NCBI GenBank assembly: GCA_009914755.4
Contig: CP086569.2
Span: forward strand, 29,248,001 to 29,312,000
DNA from: the human T2T-CHM13v2.0 reference genome, Homo sapiens
DNA length: 64,000 nt
Reading direction: 5' to 3'
Shown: piece by piece, positions 1 through 14,200 of the stretch
How positions within the stretch are numbered: the stretch's first letter is position 1
Layout: every line of letters begins with the position of its first letter
Translations under genes and position numbers: made by a program
Notes under the pieces: model-generated
Seen by the model: the letters and a program-made list of their open reading frames with translations, nothing else
Told to the model about the DNA's origin: nothing
The model's database searches: none

Positions 1-3000
1 TAATGAAACGGAAAGGAAAGGAATGGAATGGAATGGAATGGGCTGGAATGGAAAGGAATCGAAATGAATGGAATGGAATCGAACTGAAGAGACTGGAATG
101 GAATGCACTGGAATGGAAGGGAGTGTAATGGAAGGTTCTCGAAAAAAATGGAATCGAATGGAATGGAATTGAATGGAACGGAATAGAGTCGAATGGAATT
201 GAATGGAATGGAATGGACTAGAGTGAAATGGAATCGAACCACAAGGAATGGACAGGAATAGAATGGTCTCGAATTGAATGGAATCGTATGGAATGGCATC
301 AAACGGAATGGAATGGACAGCCACGGAATGGAATGCACTCGAATGCAATGGAGTCGAAACTAATGGACTGGAATAGAATGGACTCGACTGGTACGGACTC
401 CAATGGAATGGAATCGAATGGAAGGGAATCGAACGGAATGGACTCGAAGGGAAAAGACTGCAATGGAAAGGTCTCGAATGGAATGGAAATTAATGGAATG
501 GAATGGAATCGAATGAAATGGAGTCAAAAGGAATGGAATCGAATGGCAAGAAATCGAATGTAATGGAATCGCAAGGAATTGATGTGAACGGAACGGAATG
601 GAATGGAATCCAAAGGAATGGAATAGAATGGAATGGAATCGAATGGAAAGGACTCGAATGGAAATCACTCGAATAGAATGCAATTTAATAAAATAGGATC
701 AAATGTAATGGAATGGAATGGAAAGGAATCGAAACGAAAGGAATGGAGACAGATGGAATGGAATGGAACAGAGAGCAATGGTATAGAATGGAATGGAATC
801 ATCTGGAATGGAATTGAATGGAATGGAATAATATGAAATGGAATGGAATGGAATGGAATGGAATGGAATGCCCTTGAATTAAATGGACTGGACTCGAACA
901 GAGTGGAATGGAAAGTGTTGAGATAGAATGGAATGGACTCCTTTGGAATGGTCTAGTATGCAATGCAATCGACTGGCAGGGAATCAAAAGGAATGTAATG
1001 GAATGGATTGGACTGGAATGCAATGGACTCGAATAGATTGGAAACGGAATGCCAAGGAATGGAATGGAATAGTATGGAATGGAATGGAAAGGAATGGAGT
1101 GGAATAGACTAGAGTGGAATGAAATGGACTGGAAAGCAATGGACTGGAATGGAACTTTCTTGAATGGACTGGAATCAAACGGAATGGAATGCAATGCAAT
1201 CAAATGGCATGGAATAAAATAGAATGAAAGAGAATCAAATGGAATTGAATCGAATGGAATCGAATGGATTGGAAAGGAATAGAATGGAATGGAATGGAAT
1301 TGACTCAAATGGAATGGACTAGAATGGAATGGATTCGAATGGAAGGCAAAGGAATGGAATCTATTGGAATGGACTGTAATGGAATGGAATGGAAGGGATT
1401 GGAATGGACTCGAATGGAATGGACTGCAATAGAAAGGATTCGAATGGAATGAAAAAGAATTGAATGGAATAGAACAGAATGGAATCAAATCGAATGAAAT
1501 GGAATGGAATAGAAAGGAATGGAATGAAATGGAATGGAAAGGATTCGAATGGAATGCAATCGAATGGAATGGAATCGAACGGAATGGAATAAAATGGAAG
1601 AAAACTGGCAAGAAATGGAATCGAAATGAATGGAGTGTTATGGAACGGACTCAAAAGGAATTGAATGTAATAGAATGGAGTGGAGTGGACTCGAATATAA
1701 TGGACTGGAATGGAATGAAATCACATGGAATGGGAACGAATGGAATGGAATGGAAAGGAATGGAATCGAATGGAAAGGAATCGAATGGAAGGGAATGAAA
1801 TTGAATCAACAGTAATGGAAGGGAATAGAATAGACGGTAATGGAATGGACTCGAATAGAATGGACACGAATGCTCAAATTGAATGGACTCGAATGGAATG
1901 GAAACGAAAGGAATGTCATCGAATGGAATTGAATCGATTGGAATGAAATCGCATAGAATGGAGTGGAATCAAATGGAATTGAATCGAAAGGAAAGGAAGC
2001 GAATGGACTGAAATGAAATGGAATGGAATTGAATGGAAAGTAATGCAATGGAATAGGATGGAACAAAATTTCACGGAATGGAATCAAATCAATGGAATAT
2101 AATCAAATGGAATGGAAAGGAATTGAATGGAGTAGATTGGATTGGATGGGATTGGAATGAAATGTACTGGAAAGGACTCGAATTTCATGAAACGGAATGG
2201 AATGAATTGGAACGGAATGGACTCGAATGGAATGGAATGTCATGGAATGGCATCAAATGGAATGGCATCAAATGGAATGGAATCGAATGCAATGGAATGC
2301 TATGGAATGGAATGGAATGCATTGGAATGGAATGTCCTCTAATGGAATGGATTCGAGTGGAATGGAATCGAATATAATGGAGTCGAATGAAATGGAATTG
2401 AAATGAATGGGATCAAAATGAATGGAATATACTGGAATGTAATGTAATGAACTCGAATGTAATTGACTGGAATGGAATGTACATGAATGGAATGTAATCG
2501 AATGGAAAGTAATCCAATGGAATAGAATCTAATGCAATAAAATCGACTCAGATAGAGTAGAATGGAATGGAATGGAGTGCAGTGCAATGGAATGGAATGG
2601 AATGGAATGCAATGGAATGGAATGGAGTGGAATGGAATGGAATGGGATGGAATGGTATGGAATGGATAGTAATGGACTGGAGTGAAATGGACTGGAAAGG
2701 AATGGACTCAAATTGAAAGGGCTCGAAAGGAATGGAGTCAAATGGAATGGTCTGGAATGGAATGAACACGAATGTAATGCAATCCAATAGAATGGAATCG
2801 AATGGCATGGAATATAAACAAATGGAATCGAAGAGAATGGAAACAAATGGAATGGAAACAAATGGAATGGAATTGAATGGAATGGGAACGAATGGAGTGA
2901 AATTGTATGCAGTAGAAGAGAATAGAATGGAATGCAAGCGAAAGGAAAGGAATGGATTGGAATGGAATGGAATTCATTGGAATGGAAGGGAATGTAGTGT

Positions 3001-3534
3001 AATGGACAGGCCTGGAATAAAGTGGAATGCTACGGTCTCGAATGGAATAAAAATGTATGGAATGGAATGCAATGAAACGGAATCGAATGTCATAGAATGT
3101 AATGGAATGCAAAAAAATGGAATCCAAAAACATTGACTGGAAAGGCTGGGTGTCGAAAGGAATTGACTCCAATGGAATGGAATCGAATGGAATGGAAGTG
3201 AATAGAATGGAACTAAATCGAATGGAATGGAATTGATAGGAACGGAATGGAAAGGAATGCAATGATTTGGCATGGAATGGAATCGAATGGCATCGAATGG
3301 AATGGAATGGAATGCAATGGAATGGAATGTATTAGAATGTAATGAACTTTAATGGAATGTACTCGAATGGATTCGACTGGAATGGAATGTTCTGGAAGTG
3401 AATGCACTCCAATGGAATGGATTCGAAAGGAATGGAATCGAACGGAATGGAATCTAATGGAATGGAATTAAATGGAAATGAATCAAATTGAATAGCACGG
3501 AATTGAATTGAATGGAATGGAATGCAATGGAATC
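1..3534 (+). repeat. HOR copy 1 (3534 bp)
   Basis: Bounded by in-register recurrences of the landmark 'taatgaaacggaaaggaaaggaatgg'. The phase choice is arbitrary. Confidence 0.85.
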
Positions 3535-6500
3535 TAATGAAACGGAAAGGAAAGGAATGGAATGGAATGGAGTGGGCTGGAATGGAAAGGAATCGAAACG
3601 AATGGAATGGAATCGAACTGAAGAGACTGGAATGGAATGCACTGGAATGGAAGGGAGTGTAATGGAAGGTTCTCGAAAAAAATGGAATCGAATGGAATGG
3701 AATTGAATGGAACGGAATAGAGTCGAATGGAATTGAATGGAATGGAATGGACTAGAGTGAAATGGAATCGAACCACAAGGAATGGACAAGAATAGAATGG
3801 TCTCGTATTGAATGGAATCGTATGGAATGGCATCAAACGGAATGGAATGGACAGCCACGGAATGGAATGCACTCGAATGCAATGGAGTCGAAACTAATGG
3901 ACTGGAATAGAATGGACTCGACTGGTACGGACTCCAATGGAATGGAATCGAATGGAAGGGAATCGAACGCAATGGACTCGAAGGGAAAAGAGTGCAATGG
4001 AAAGGTCTCGAATGGAATGGAAATTAATGGAATGGAATGGAATCGAATGAAATGGAGTCAAAAGGAATGGAATCGAATGGCAAGAAATCGAATGGAATGG
4101 AATCGCAAGGAATTGATGTGAACGGAACGGAATGGAATGGAATCCAAAGGAATGGAATAGAATGGAATGGAATCGAATGGAAAGGACTCGAATGGAAATC
4201 ACTCGAATAGAATGCAATTTAATAAAATAGGATCAAATGTAATGGAATGGAATGGAAAGGAATCGAAACGAAAGGAATGGAGACAGATGGAATGGAATGG
4301 AACAGAGAGCAATGGTATAGAATGGAATGGAATCATCTGGAATGGAATTGAATGGAATGGAATAATATGAAATGGAATGGAATGGAATGGAATGCCCTTG
4401 AATTAAATGGACTGGAATGGAATGGACTCGAACAGAGTGGAATGGAAAGTGTTGAGATAGAATGGAATGGACTCCTTTGGAATGGTCTAGTATGCAATGC
4501 AATCGACTGGCAGGGAGTCAAAAGGAATGTAATCGAATGGATTGGACTGGAATGCAATGGACTCGAATAGATTGGAAACGGAATGCCAAGGAATGGAATG
4601 GAATAGTATGGAATGGAATGGAAAGGAATGGAGTGGAATAGACTAGAGTGGAATGGAATGGACTGGAAAGCAATGGACTGGAATGGAACTTTCTTGAATG
4701 GACTGGAATCAAACGGAATGGAATGCAATGCAATCAAATGGCATGGAATAAAATAGAATGAAAGAGAATCAAATGGAATTGAATCGAATGGAATCGAATG
4801 GATTGGAAAGGAATAGAATGGAATGGAATGGAATTGACTCAAATGGAATGGACTAGAATGGAATGGATTCGAATGGAAGGCAAACGAATGGAATCTATTG
4901 GAATGGACTGTAATGGAATGGAATGGAAGGGATTGGAATGGACTCGAATGGAATGGACTGCAATAGAAAGGATTCGAATGGAATGAAAAAGAATTGAATG
5001 GAATAGAACAGAATGGAATCAAATCGAATGAAATGGAATGGAATAGAAAGGAATGGAATGAAATGGAATGGAAAGGATTCGAATGGAATGCAATCGAATG
5101 GAATGGAATCGAACGGAATGGAATAAAATGGAAGAAAACTGGCAAGAAATGGAATCGAAAGGAATGGAGTGTTATGGAACGGACTCAAAAGGAATTGAAT
5201 GTAATAGAATGGAGTGGAGTGGACTCGAATATAATGGACTGGAATGGAATGAAATCACATGGAATGGGAACGAATGGAATGGAATGGAAAGGAATGGAAT
5301 CGAATGGAAAGGAATCGAATGGAAGGGAATGAAATTGAATCAACAGGAATGGAAGGGAATAGAATAGACGGTAATGGAATGGACTCGAATAGAATGGACA
5401 CGAATTCTCAAATTGAATGGACTCGAATGGAATGGAAACGAAAGGAATGTCATCGAATGGAATTGAATCGATTGGAATAAAATCGCATAGAATGGAGTGG
5501 AATCAAATGGAATTGAATCGAAAGGAAAGGAAGCGAATGGACTGAAATGAAATGGAATGGAATTGAATGGAAAGTAATGCAATGGAATAGAATGGAAGGA
5601 AATTTCACGGAATGGAATCAAACTGAATGGAATCAAATGAATGGAATCTAATCAAATGGAATGGAAAGAATTGAATGGAGTAGATTGGATTGGATGGGAT
5701 TGGAATGAAATGTACTGGAAAGGACTCGAATTTCATGAAACGGAATGGAATGAATTGGAACGGAATGGACTCGAATGGAATGGAATGTCATGGAATGGCA
5801 TCAAATGGAATGGCATCAAATGGAATGGAATCGAATGCAATGGAATGCTATAGAATGGAATGGAATGCATTGGAATGGAATGTCCTCTAATGGAATGGAT
5901 TCGAGTGGAATGGAATCGAATATAATGGAGTCGAATGAAATGGAATTGAAAGGAATGGGATCGAATAGAATGGAATATACTGGAATGTAATGTAATGAAC
6001 TCGAATGTAATTGACTGGAATGGAATGTACATGAATGGAATGTAATCGAATGGAAAGTAATCCAATGGAATAGAATCTAATGCAATAAAATCGACTCAGA
6101 TAGAGTAGAATGGAATGGAATGGAGTGCAGTGCAATGGAATGGAATGGAATGGAATGCAATGGAATGGAATGGAATGGAATGGAATGGAATGGAATGGGA
6201 TGGAATGGTATGGAATGGATATTAATGGACTGGAGTGAAATGGACTGGAAAGGAATGGACTCAAATTGAAAGGGCTCGAAAGGAATGGAGTCCAATGGAA
6301 TGGTCTGGAATGGAATGAACACGAATGTAATGCAATCCAATAGAATGGAATCGAATGGCATGGAATATAAAGAAATGGAATCGAAGAGAATGGAAACAAA
6401 TGGAATGGAATTGAATGGAATGGAATTGAATGGAATGGGAACGAATGGAGTGAAATTGTATGCAGTAGAAGAGAATAGAATGGAATGCAAGCGAAAGGAA

Positions 6501-7087
6501 AGGAATGGATTGGAATGGAATGGAATTCATTGGAATGGAAGGGAATGTAGTGTAATGGACAGGCCTGGAATAAAGTGGAATGCTACGGTCTCGAATGGAA
6601 TAAAAATGTATGGAATGGAATGCAATGAAACGGAATCGAATGTCATAGAATGTAATGGAATGCAAAAAAATTGAATCCAAAAACATTGACTGGAAAGGCT
6701 GGGTGTCGAAAGGAATTGACTCCAATGGAATGGAATCGAATGGAATGGAAGTGAATAGAATGGAACTAAATCGAATGGAATGGAATTGATAGGAACGGAA
6801 TGGAAAGGAATGCAATGATTTGGCATGGAATGGAATCGAATGGCATCGAATTGAATGGAATGGAATGCAATGGAATGGAATGTATTAGAATGTAATGAAC
6901 TTTAATGGAATGTACTCGAATGGATTCGACTGGAATGGAATGTTCTGGAAGTGAATGGACTCCAATGGAATGGATTCGAAAGGAATGGAATCGAACGGAA
7001 TGGAATCTAATGGAATGGAATTAAATGGAAATGAATCAAATTGAATAGCACGGAATTGAATTGAATGGAATGGAATGCAATGGAATC
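3535..7087 (+). repeat. HOR copy 2 (3553 bp)
   Basis: Landmark motif recurs at 3535 and 7088. Confidence 0.85.
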
Positions 7088-10000
7088 TAATGAAACGGAA
7101 AGGAAAGGAATGGAATGGAATGGAATGGGCTGGAATGGAAAGGAATCGAAACGAATGGAATGGAATCGAACTGAAGAGACTGGAATGGAATGCACTGGAA
7201 TGGAAGGGAGTGTAATGGAAGGTTCTCGAAAAAAATGGAATCGAATGGAATGGAATTGAATGGAACGGAATAGAGTCGAATGGAATTGAATGGAATGGAA
7301 TGGACTAGAGTGAAATGGAATCGAACCACAAGGAATGGACAGGAATAGAATGGTCTCGAATTGAATGGAATCGTATGGAATGGCATCAAACGGAATGGAA
7401 TGGACAGCCACGGAATGGAATGCACTCGAATGCAATGGAGTCGAAACTAATGGACTGGAATAGAATGGACTCGACTGGTACGGACTCCAATGGAATGGAA
7501 TCGAATGGAAGGGAATCGAACGCAATGGACTCGAAGGGAAAAGACTGCAATGGAAAGGTCTCGAATGGAATGGAAATTAATGGAATGGAATGGAATTGAA
7601 TGAAATGGAGTCAAAAGGAATGGAATCGAATGGCAAGAAATCGAATGTAATGGAATCGCAAGGAATTGATGTGAACGGAACGGAATGGAATGGAATCCAA
7701 AGGAATGGAATAGAATGGAATGGAATCGAATGGAAAGGACTCGAATGGAAATCACTCGAATAGAATGCAATTTAATAAAATAGGATCAAATGTAATGGAA
7801 TGGAATGGAAAGGAATCGAAACGAAAGGAATGGAGACAGATGGAATGGAATGGAACAGAGAGCAATGGTATAGAATGGAATGGAATCATCTGGAATGGAA
7901 TTGAATGGAATGGAATAATATGAAATGGAATGGAATGGAATGGAATGCCCTTGAATTAAATGGACTGGAATGGAATGGACTCGAACAGAGTGGAATGGAA
8001 AGTGTTGAGACAGAATGGAATGGACTCCTTTGGAATGGTCTAGTATGCAATGCAATCGACTGTCAGGGAGTCAAAAGGAATGTAATCGAATGGATTGGAC
8101 TGGAATGCAATAGACTCGAATAGATTGGAAACGGAATGCAAAGGAATGGAATGGAATAGTATGGAATGGAATGGAAAGGAATGGAGTGGAATAGACTAGA
8201 GTGGAATGGAATGGACTGGAAAGCAATGGACTGGAATGGAACTTTCTTGAATGGACTGGAATCAAACGGAATGGAATGCAATGCAATCAAATGGCATGGA
8301 ATAAAATAGAATGAAAGAGAATCAAATGGAATTGAATCGAATGGAATCGAATGGATTGGAAAGGAATAGAATGGAATGGAATGGAATTGACTCAAATGGA
8401 ATGGACTAGAATGGAATGGATTCGAATGGAAGGCAAAGGAATGGAATCTATTGGAATGGACTGTAATGGAATGGAATGGAAGGGATTGGAATGGACTCAA
8501 ATGGAATGGACTGCAATAGAAAGGATTCGAATGGAATGAAAAAGAATTGAATGGAATAGAACAGAATGGAATCAAATCGAATGAAATGGAATGGAATAGA
8601 AAGGAATGGAATGAAATGGAATGGAAAGGATTCGAATGGAATGCAATCGAATGGAATGGAATCGAACGGAATGGAATAAAATGGAAGAAAACTGGCAAGA
8701 AATGGAATCGAAATGAATGGAGTGTTATGGAACGGACTCAAAAGGAATTGAATGTAATAGAATGGAGTGGAGTGGACTCGAATATAATGGACTGGAATGG
8801 AATGAAATCTCATGGAATGGGAACGAATGGAATGGAATGGAAAGGAATGGAATCGAATGGAAAGGAATCGAATGGAAGGGAATGAAATTGAATCAACAGG
8901 AATGGAAGGGAATAGAATAGACGGTAATGGAATGGACTCGAATAGAATGGACACGAATGCTCAAATTGAATGGACTCGAATGGAATGGAAACGAAAGGAA
9001 TGTCATCGAATGGAATTGAATCGATTGGAATGAAATCGCATAGAATGGAGTGGAATCAAATGGAATTGAATCGAAAGGAAAGGAAGCGAATGGACTGAAA
9101 TGAAATGGAATGGAATTGAATGGAAAGTAATGCAATGGAATAGAATGGAACGAAATTTCACGGAATGGAATCAAACTGAATGGAATCAAATCAATGGAAT
9201 CTAATCAAATGGAATGGAAAGGAATTGAATGGAGTAGATTGGATTGGATGGGATTGGAATGAAATGTACTGGAAAGGACTCGAATTTCATGAAACGGAAT
9301 GGAATGAATTGGAACGGAATGGACTCGAATGGAATGGGATGTCATGGAATGGCATCAAATGGAATGGCATCAAATGGAATGGAATCGAATGCAATGGAAT
9401 GCTATGGAATGGAATGGAATGCATTGGAATGGAATGTCCTCTAATGGAATGGATTCGAGTGGAATGGAATCGAATATAATGGAGTCGAATGAAATGGAAT
9501 TGAAAGGAATGGGATCGAATAGAATGGAATATACTGGAATGTAATGTAATGAACTCGAATGTAATTGACTGGAATGGAATGTACATGAATGGAATGTAAT
9601 CGAATGGAAAGTAATCCAATGGAATAGAATCTAATGCAATAAAATCGACTCAGATAGAGTAGAATGGAATGGAATGGAGTGCAGTGCAATGGAATGGAAT
9701 GGAATGGAATGCAATGGAATGGAATGGAGTGGAATGGAATGGAATGGGATGGAATTGTATGGAATGGATAGTAATGGACTGGAGTGAAATGGACTGGAAA
9801 GGAATGGACTCAAATTGAAAGGGCTCGAAAGGAATGGAGTCAAATGGAATGGTCTGGAATGGAATGAACACGAATGTAATGCAATCCAATAGAATGGAAT
9901 CGAATGGCATGGAATATAAAGAAATGGAATCGAAGAGAATGGAAACAAATGGAATGGAATTGAATGGAATGGAATTGAATGGAATGGGAACGAATGGAGT

Positions 10001-10636
10001 GAAATTGTATGCAGTAGAAGAGAATAGAATGGAATGCAAGCGAAAGGAAAGGAATGGATTCGAATGGAATGGAATTCATTGGAATGGAAGGGAATGTAGT
10101 GTAAAGGACAGGCCTGGAATAAAGTGGAATGCTACGGTCTCGAATGGAATAAAAATGTATGGAATGGAATGCAATGAAACGGAATCGAATGTCATAGAAT
10201 GTAATGGAATGCAAAAAAATGGAATCCAAAAACATTGACTGGAAAGGCTGGGTGTCGAAAGGAATTGACTCCAATGGAATGGAATCGAATGGAATGGAAG
10301 TGAATAGAATGGAACTAAATAGAATGGAATGGAATTGATAGGAACGGAATGAAAAGGAATGCAATGATTTGGCATGGAATGGAATCGAATGGCATCGAAT
10401 GGAATGGAATGGAATGCAATGGAATGGAATGTATTAGAATGTAATGAACTTTAATGGAATGTACTCGAATGGATTCGACTGGAATGGAATGTTCTGGAAG
10501 TGAATGGACTCCAATGGAATGGATTCGAAAGGAATGGAATCGAACGGAATGGAATCTAATGGAATGGAATTAAATGGAAATGAATCAAATTGAATAGCAC
10601 GGAATTGAATTGAATGGAATCGAATGCAATGGAATC
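7088..10636 (+). repeat. HOR copy 3 (3549 bp)
   Basis: Landmark motif recurs at 7088 and 10637. Confidence 0.85.
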
Positions 10637-13600
10637 TAATGAAATGGAAAGGAAAGGAATGGAATGGAATGGAATGGGCTGGAATGGAATGGAATCGAAA
10701 CGAATGGAATGGAATCGAACTGAAGAGACTGGAATGGAATGCACTGGAATGGAAGGGAGTGTAATGGAAGGTTCTCGAAAAAAATGGAATCGAATGGAAT
10801 GGAATTGAATGGAACGGAATAGAGTCGAATGGAATTGAATGGAATGGAATGGACTAGAGTGAAATGGAATCGAACCACAAGGAATGGACAGGAATAGAAT
10901 GGTCTCGAATTGAATGGAATCGTAAGGAATGGCATCAAACGGAATGGAATGGACAGCCACGGAATGGAATGCACTCGAATGCAATGGAGTCGAAACTAAT
11001 GGACTGGAATAGAATGGACTCGACTGGTACGGACTCCAATGGAATGGAATCGAAAGGAAGGGAATCGAACGGAATGGACTCGAACGGAAAAGACTGCAAT
11101 GGAAAGGTCTCGAATGGAATGGAAATTAATGGAATGGAATGGAATTGAATGAAATGGAGTCAAAAGGAATGGAATCGAATGGCAAGAAATCGAATGTAAT
11201 GGAATCGCAAGGAATTGATGTGAACGGAACGGAATGGAATGGAATCCAAAGGAATGGAATAGAATGGAATGGAATCGAATGGAAAGGACTCGAATGGAAA
11301 TCACTCGAATAGAATGCAATTTAATAAAATAGGATCAAATGTAATGGAATGGAATGGAAAGGAATCGAAACGAAAGGAATGGAGACAGATGGAATGGAAT
11401 GGAACAGAGAGCAATGGTATAGAATGGAATGGAATCATCTGGAATGGAATTGAATGGAATGGAATAATATGAAATGGAATGGAATGGAATGGAATGCCCT
11501 TGAATTAAATGGACTGGAATGGAATGGACTCGAACAGAGTGGAATGGAAAGTGTTGAGATAGAATGGAATGGACTCCTTTGGAATGGTCTAGTATGCAAT
11601 GCAATCGACTGGCAGGGAGTCAAAAGGAATGTAATCGAATGGATTGGACTGGAATGCAATGGACTCGAATAGATTGGAAACGGAATGCAAAGGAATGGAA
11701 TGGAATAGTATGGAATGGAATGGAAAGGAATGGAGTGGAATAGACTAGAGTGGAATGGAATGGACTGGAAAGCAATGGACTGGAATGGAACTTTCTTGAA
11801 TGGACTGGAATCAAACGCAATGGAATGCAATGCAATCAAATGGCATGGAATAAAATAGAATGAAAGAGAATCAAATGGATTTGAATCGAATGGAATCGAA
11901 TGGACTGGAAAGGAATAGAATGGAATGGAATGGAATTGACTCAAATGGAATGGACTAGAGTGGAATGGATTCGAATGGAAGGGAAAGGAATGGAATCTAT
12001 TGGAATGGACTGTAATGGAATGGAATGGAAGGGATTGGAATGGACTCGAATGGAATGGACTGCAATAGAAAGGATTCGAATGGAATGAAAAAGAATTGAA
12101 TGGAATAGAACAGAATGGAATGAAATCGAATGAAATGGAATGGAATAGAAAGGAATGGAATGAAATGGAATGGAAAGGATTCGAATGGAATGCAATCGAA
12201 TGGAATGGAATCGAACGGAATGGAATAAAATGGAAGAAAACTGGCAAGAAATGGAATCGAAATGAATGGAGTGTTATGGAACGGACTCAAAAGGAATTGA
12301 ATGTAATAGAATGGAGTGGAGTGGACTCGAATATAATGGACTGGAATGGAATGAAATCACATGGAATGGGAACGAATGGAATGGAATGGAAAGGAATGGA
12401 ATCGAATGGAAAGGAATCGAATGGAAGGGAATGAAATTGAATCAACAGGAATGGAAGGGAATAGAATAGACGGTAATGGAATGGACTCGAATAGAATGGA
12501 CACGAATGCTCAAATTGAATGGACTCGAATGGAATGGAAACGAAAGGAATGTCATCGAATGGAATTGAATCGATTGGAATGAAATCGCATAGAATGGAGT
12601 GGAATCAAATGGAATTGAATCGAAAGGAAAGGAAGCGAATGGACTGAAATGAAATGGAATGGAATTGAATGGAAAGTAATGCAATGGACTAGAAGGGAAC
12701 GAAATTTCACGGAATGGAATCAAACTGAATGGAATCAAATGAATGGAATCTAATCAAATGGAATGGAAAGGAATTGAATGGAGTAGATTGGATTGGATGG
12801 GATTGGAATGAAATGTACTGGAAAGGACTCGAATTTCATGAAACGGAATGGAATGAATTGGAACGGAATGGACTCGAATGGAATGGAATGTCATGGAATG
12901 GCATCAAATGGAATGGCATCAAATGGAATGGAATCGAATGCAATGGAATGCTATAGAATGGAATGGAATGCATTAGAATGGAATGTCCTCTAATGGAATG
13001 GATTCGAGTGGAATGGAATCGAATATAATGGAGTCGAATGAAATGGAATTGAAAGGAATGGGATCGAATAGAATGGAATATACTGGAATGTAATGTAATG
13101 AACTCGAATGTAATTGACTGGAATGGAATGTACATGAATGGAATGTAATCGAATGGAAAGTAATCCAATGGAATAGAATCTAATGCAATAAAATCGACTC
13201 AGATAGAGTAGAATGGAATGGAATGGAGTGCAGTGCAATGGAATGGAATGGAATGGAATGCAATGGAATGGAATGGAATGGAATGGAATGGAATGGAATG
13301 GATTGGAATGGGATGGAATGGTATGGAATGGATAGTAATGGACTGGAGTGAAATGGACTGGAAAGGAATGGACTCAAATTGAAAGGGCTCGAAAGGAATG
13401 GAGTCAAATGGAATGGTCTGGAATGGAATGAACACGAATGTAATGCAATCCAATAGAATGGAATCGAATGGCATGGAATATAAAGAAATGGAATCGAAGA
13501 GAATGGAAACAAATGGAATGGAATTGAATGGAATGGAATTGAATGGAATGGGAACGAATGGAGTGAAATTGTATGCAGTAGAAGAGAATAGAATGGAATG

Positions 13601-14200
13601 CAAGCGAAAGGAAAGGAATGGATTGGAATGGAATGGAATTCATTGGAATGGAAGGGAATGTAGTGTAATGGACAGGCCTGGAATAAAGTGGAATGCTACG
13701 GTCTCGAATGGAATAAAAATGTATGGAATGGAATGCAATGAAACGGAATCGAATGTCATAGAATGTAATGGAATGCAAAAAAATGGAATCCAAAAACATA
13801 GACTGGAAAGGCTGGGTGTCGAAAGGAATTGACTCCAATGGAATGGAATCGAATGGAATGGAAGTGAATAGAATCGAACTAAATCGAATGGAATGGAATT
13901 GATAGGAACGGAATGGAAAGGAATGCAATGATTTGGCATGGAATGGAATCGAATGGCATCGAATGGAATGGAATGGAATGCAATGGAATGGAATGTATTA
14001 GAATGTAATGAACTTTAATGGAATGTACTCGAATGGATTCGACTGGAATGGAATGTTCTGGAAGTGAATGGACTCCAATGGAATGGATTCGAAAGGAATG
14101 GAATCGAACGGAATGGAATCTAATGGAATGGAATTAAATGGAAATGAATCAAATTGAATAGCACGGAATTGAATTGAATGGAAACGAATGCAATGGAATC
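10637..14200 (+). repeat. HOR copy 4 (3564 bp)
   Basis: Landmark at 10637 (variant 'taatgaaatgg') and 14201. Contains an expanded perfect (GGAAT)n tract near 13241-13320. Confidence 0.85.

Noticed and set aside
120-160. 'ggttctcgaaaaaaatggaatcg' read as a poly(A) signal, terminator or promoter element
   Set aside because: It recurs identically at the same offset in every HOR copy and has no associated transcript features. It is a conserved sub-motif of the satellite and not a regulatory site.
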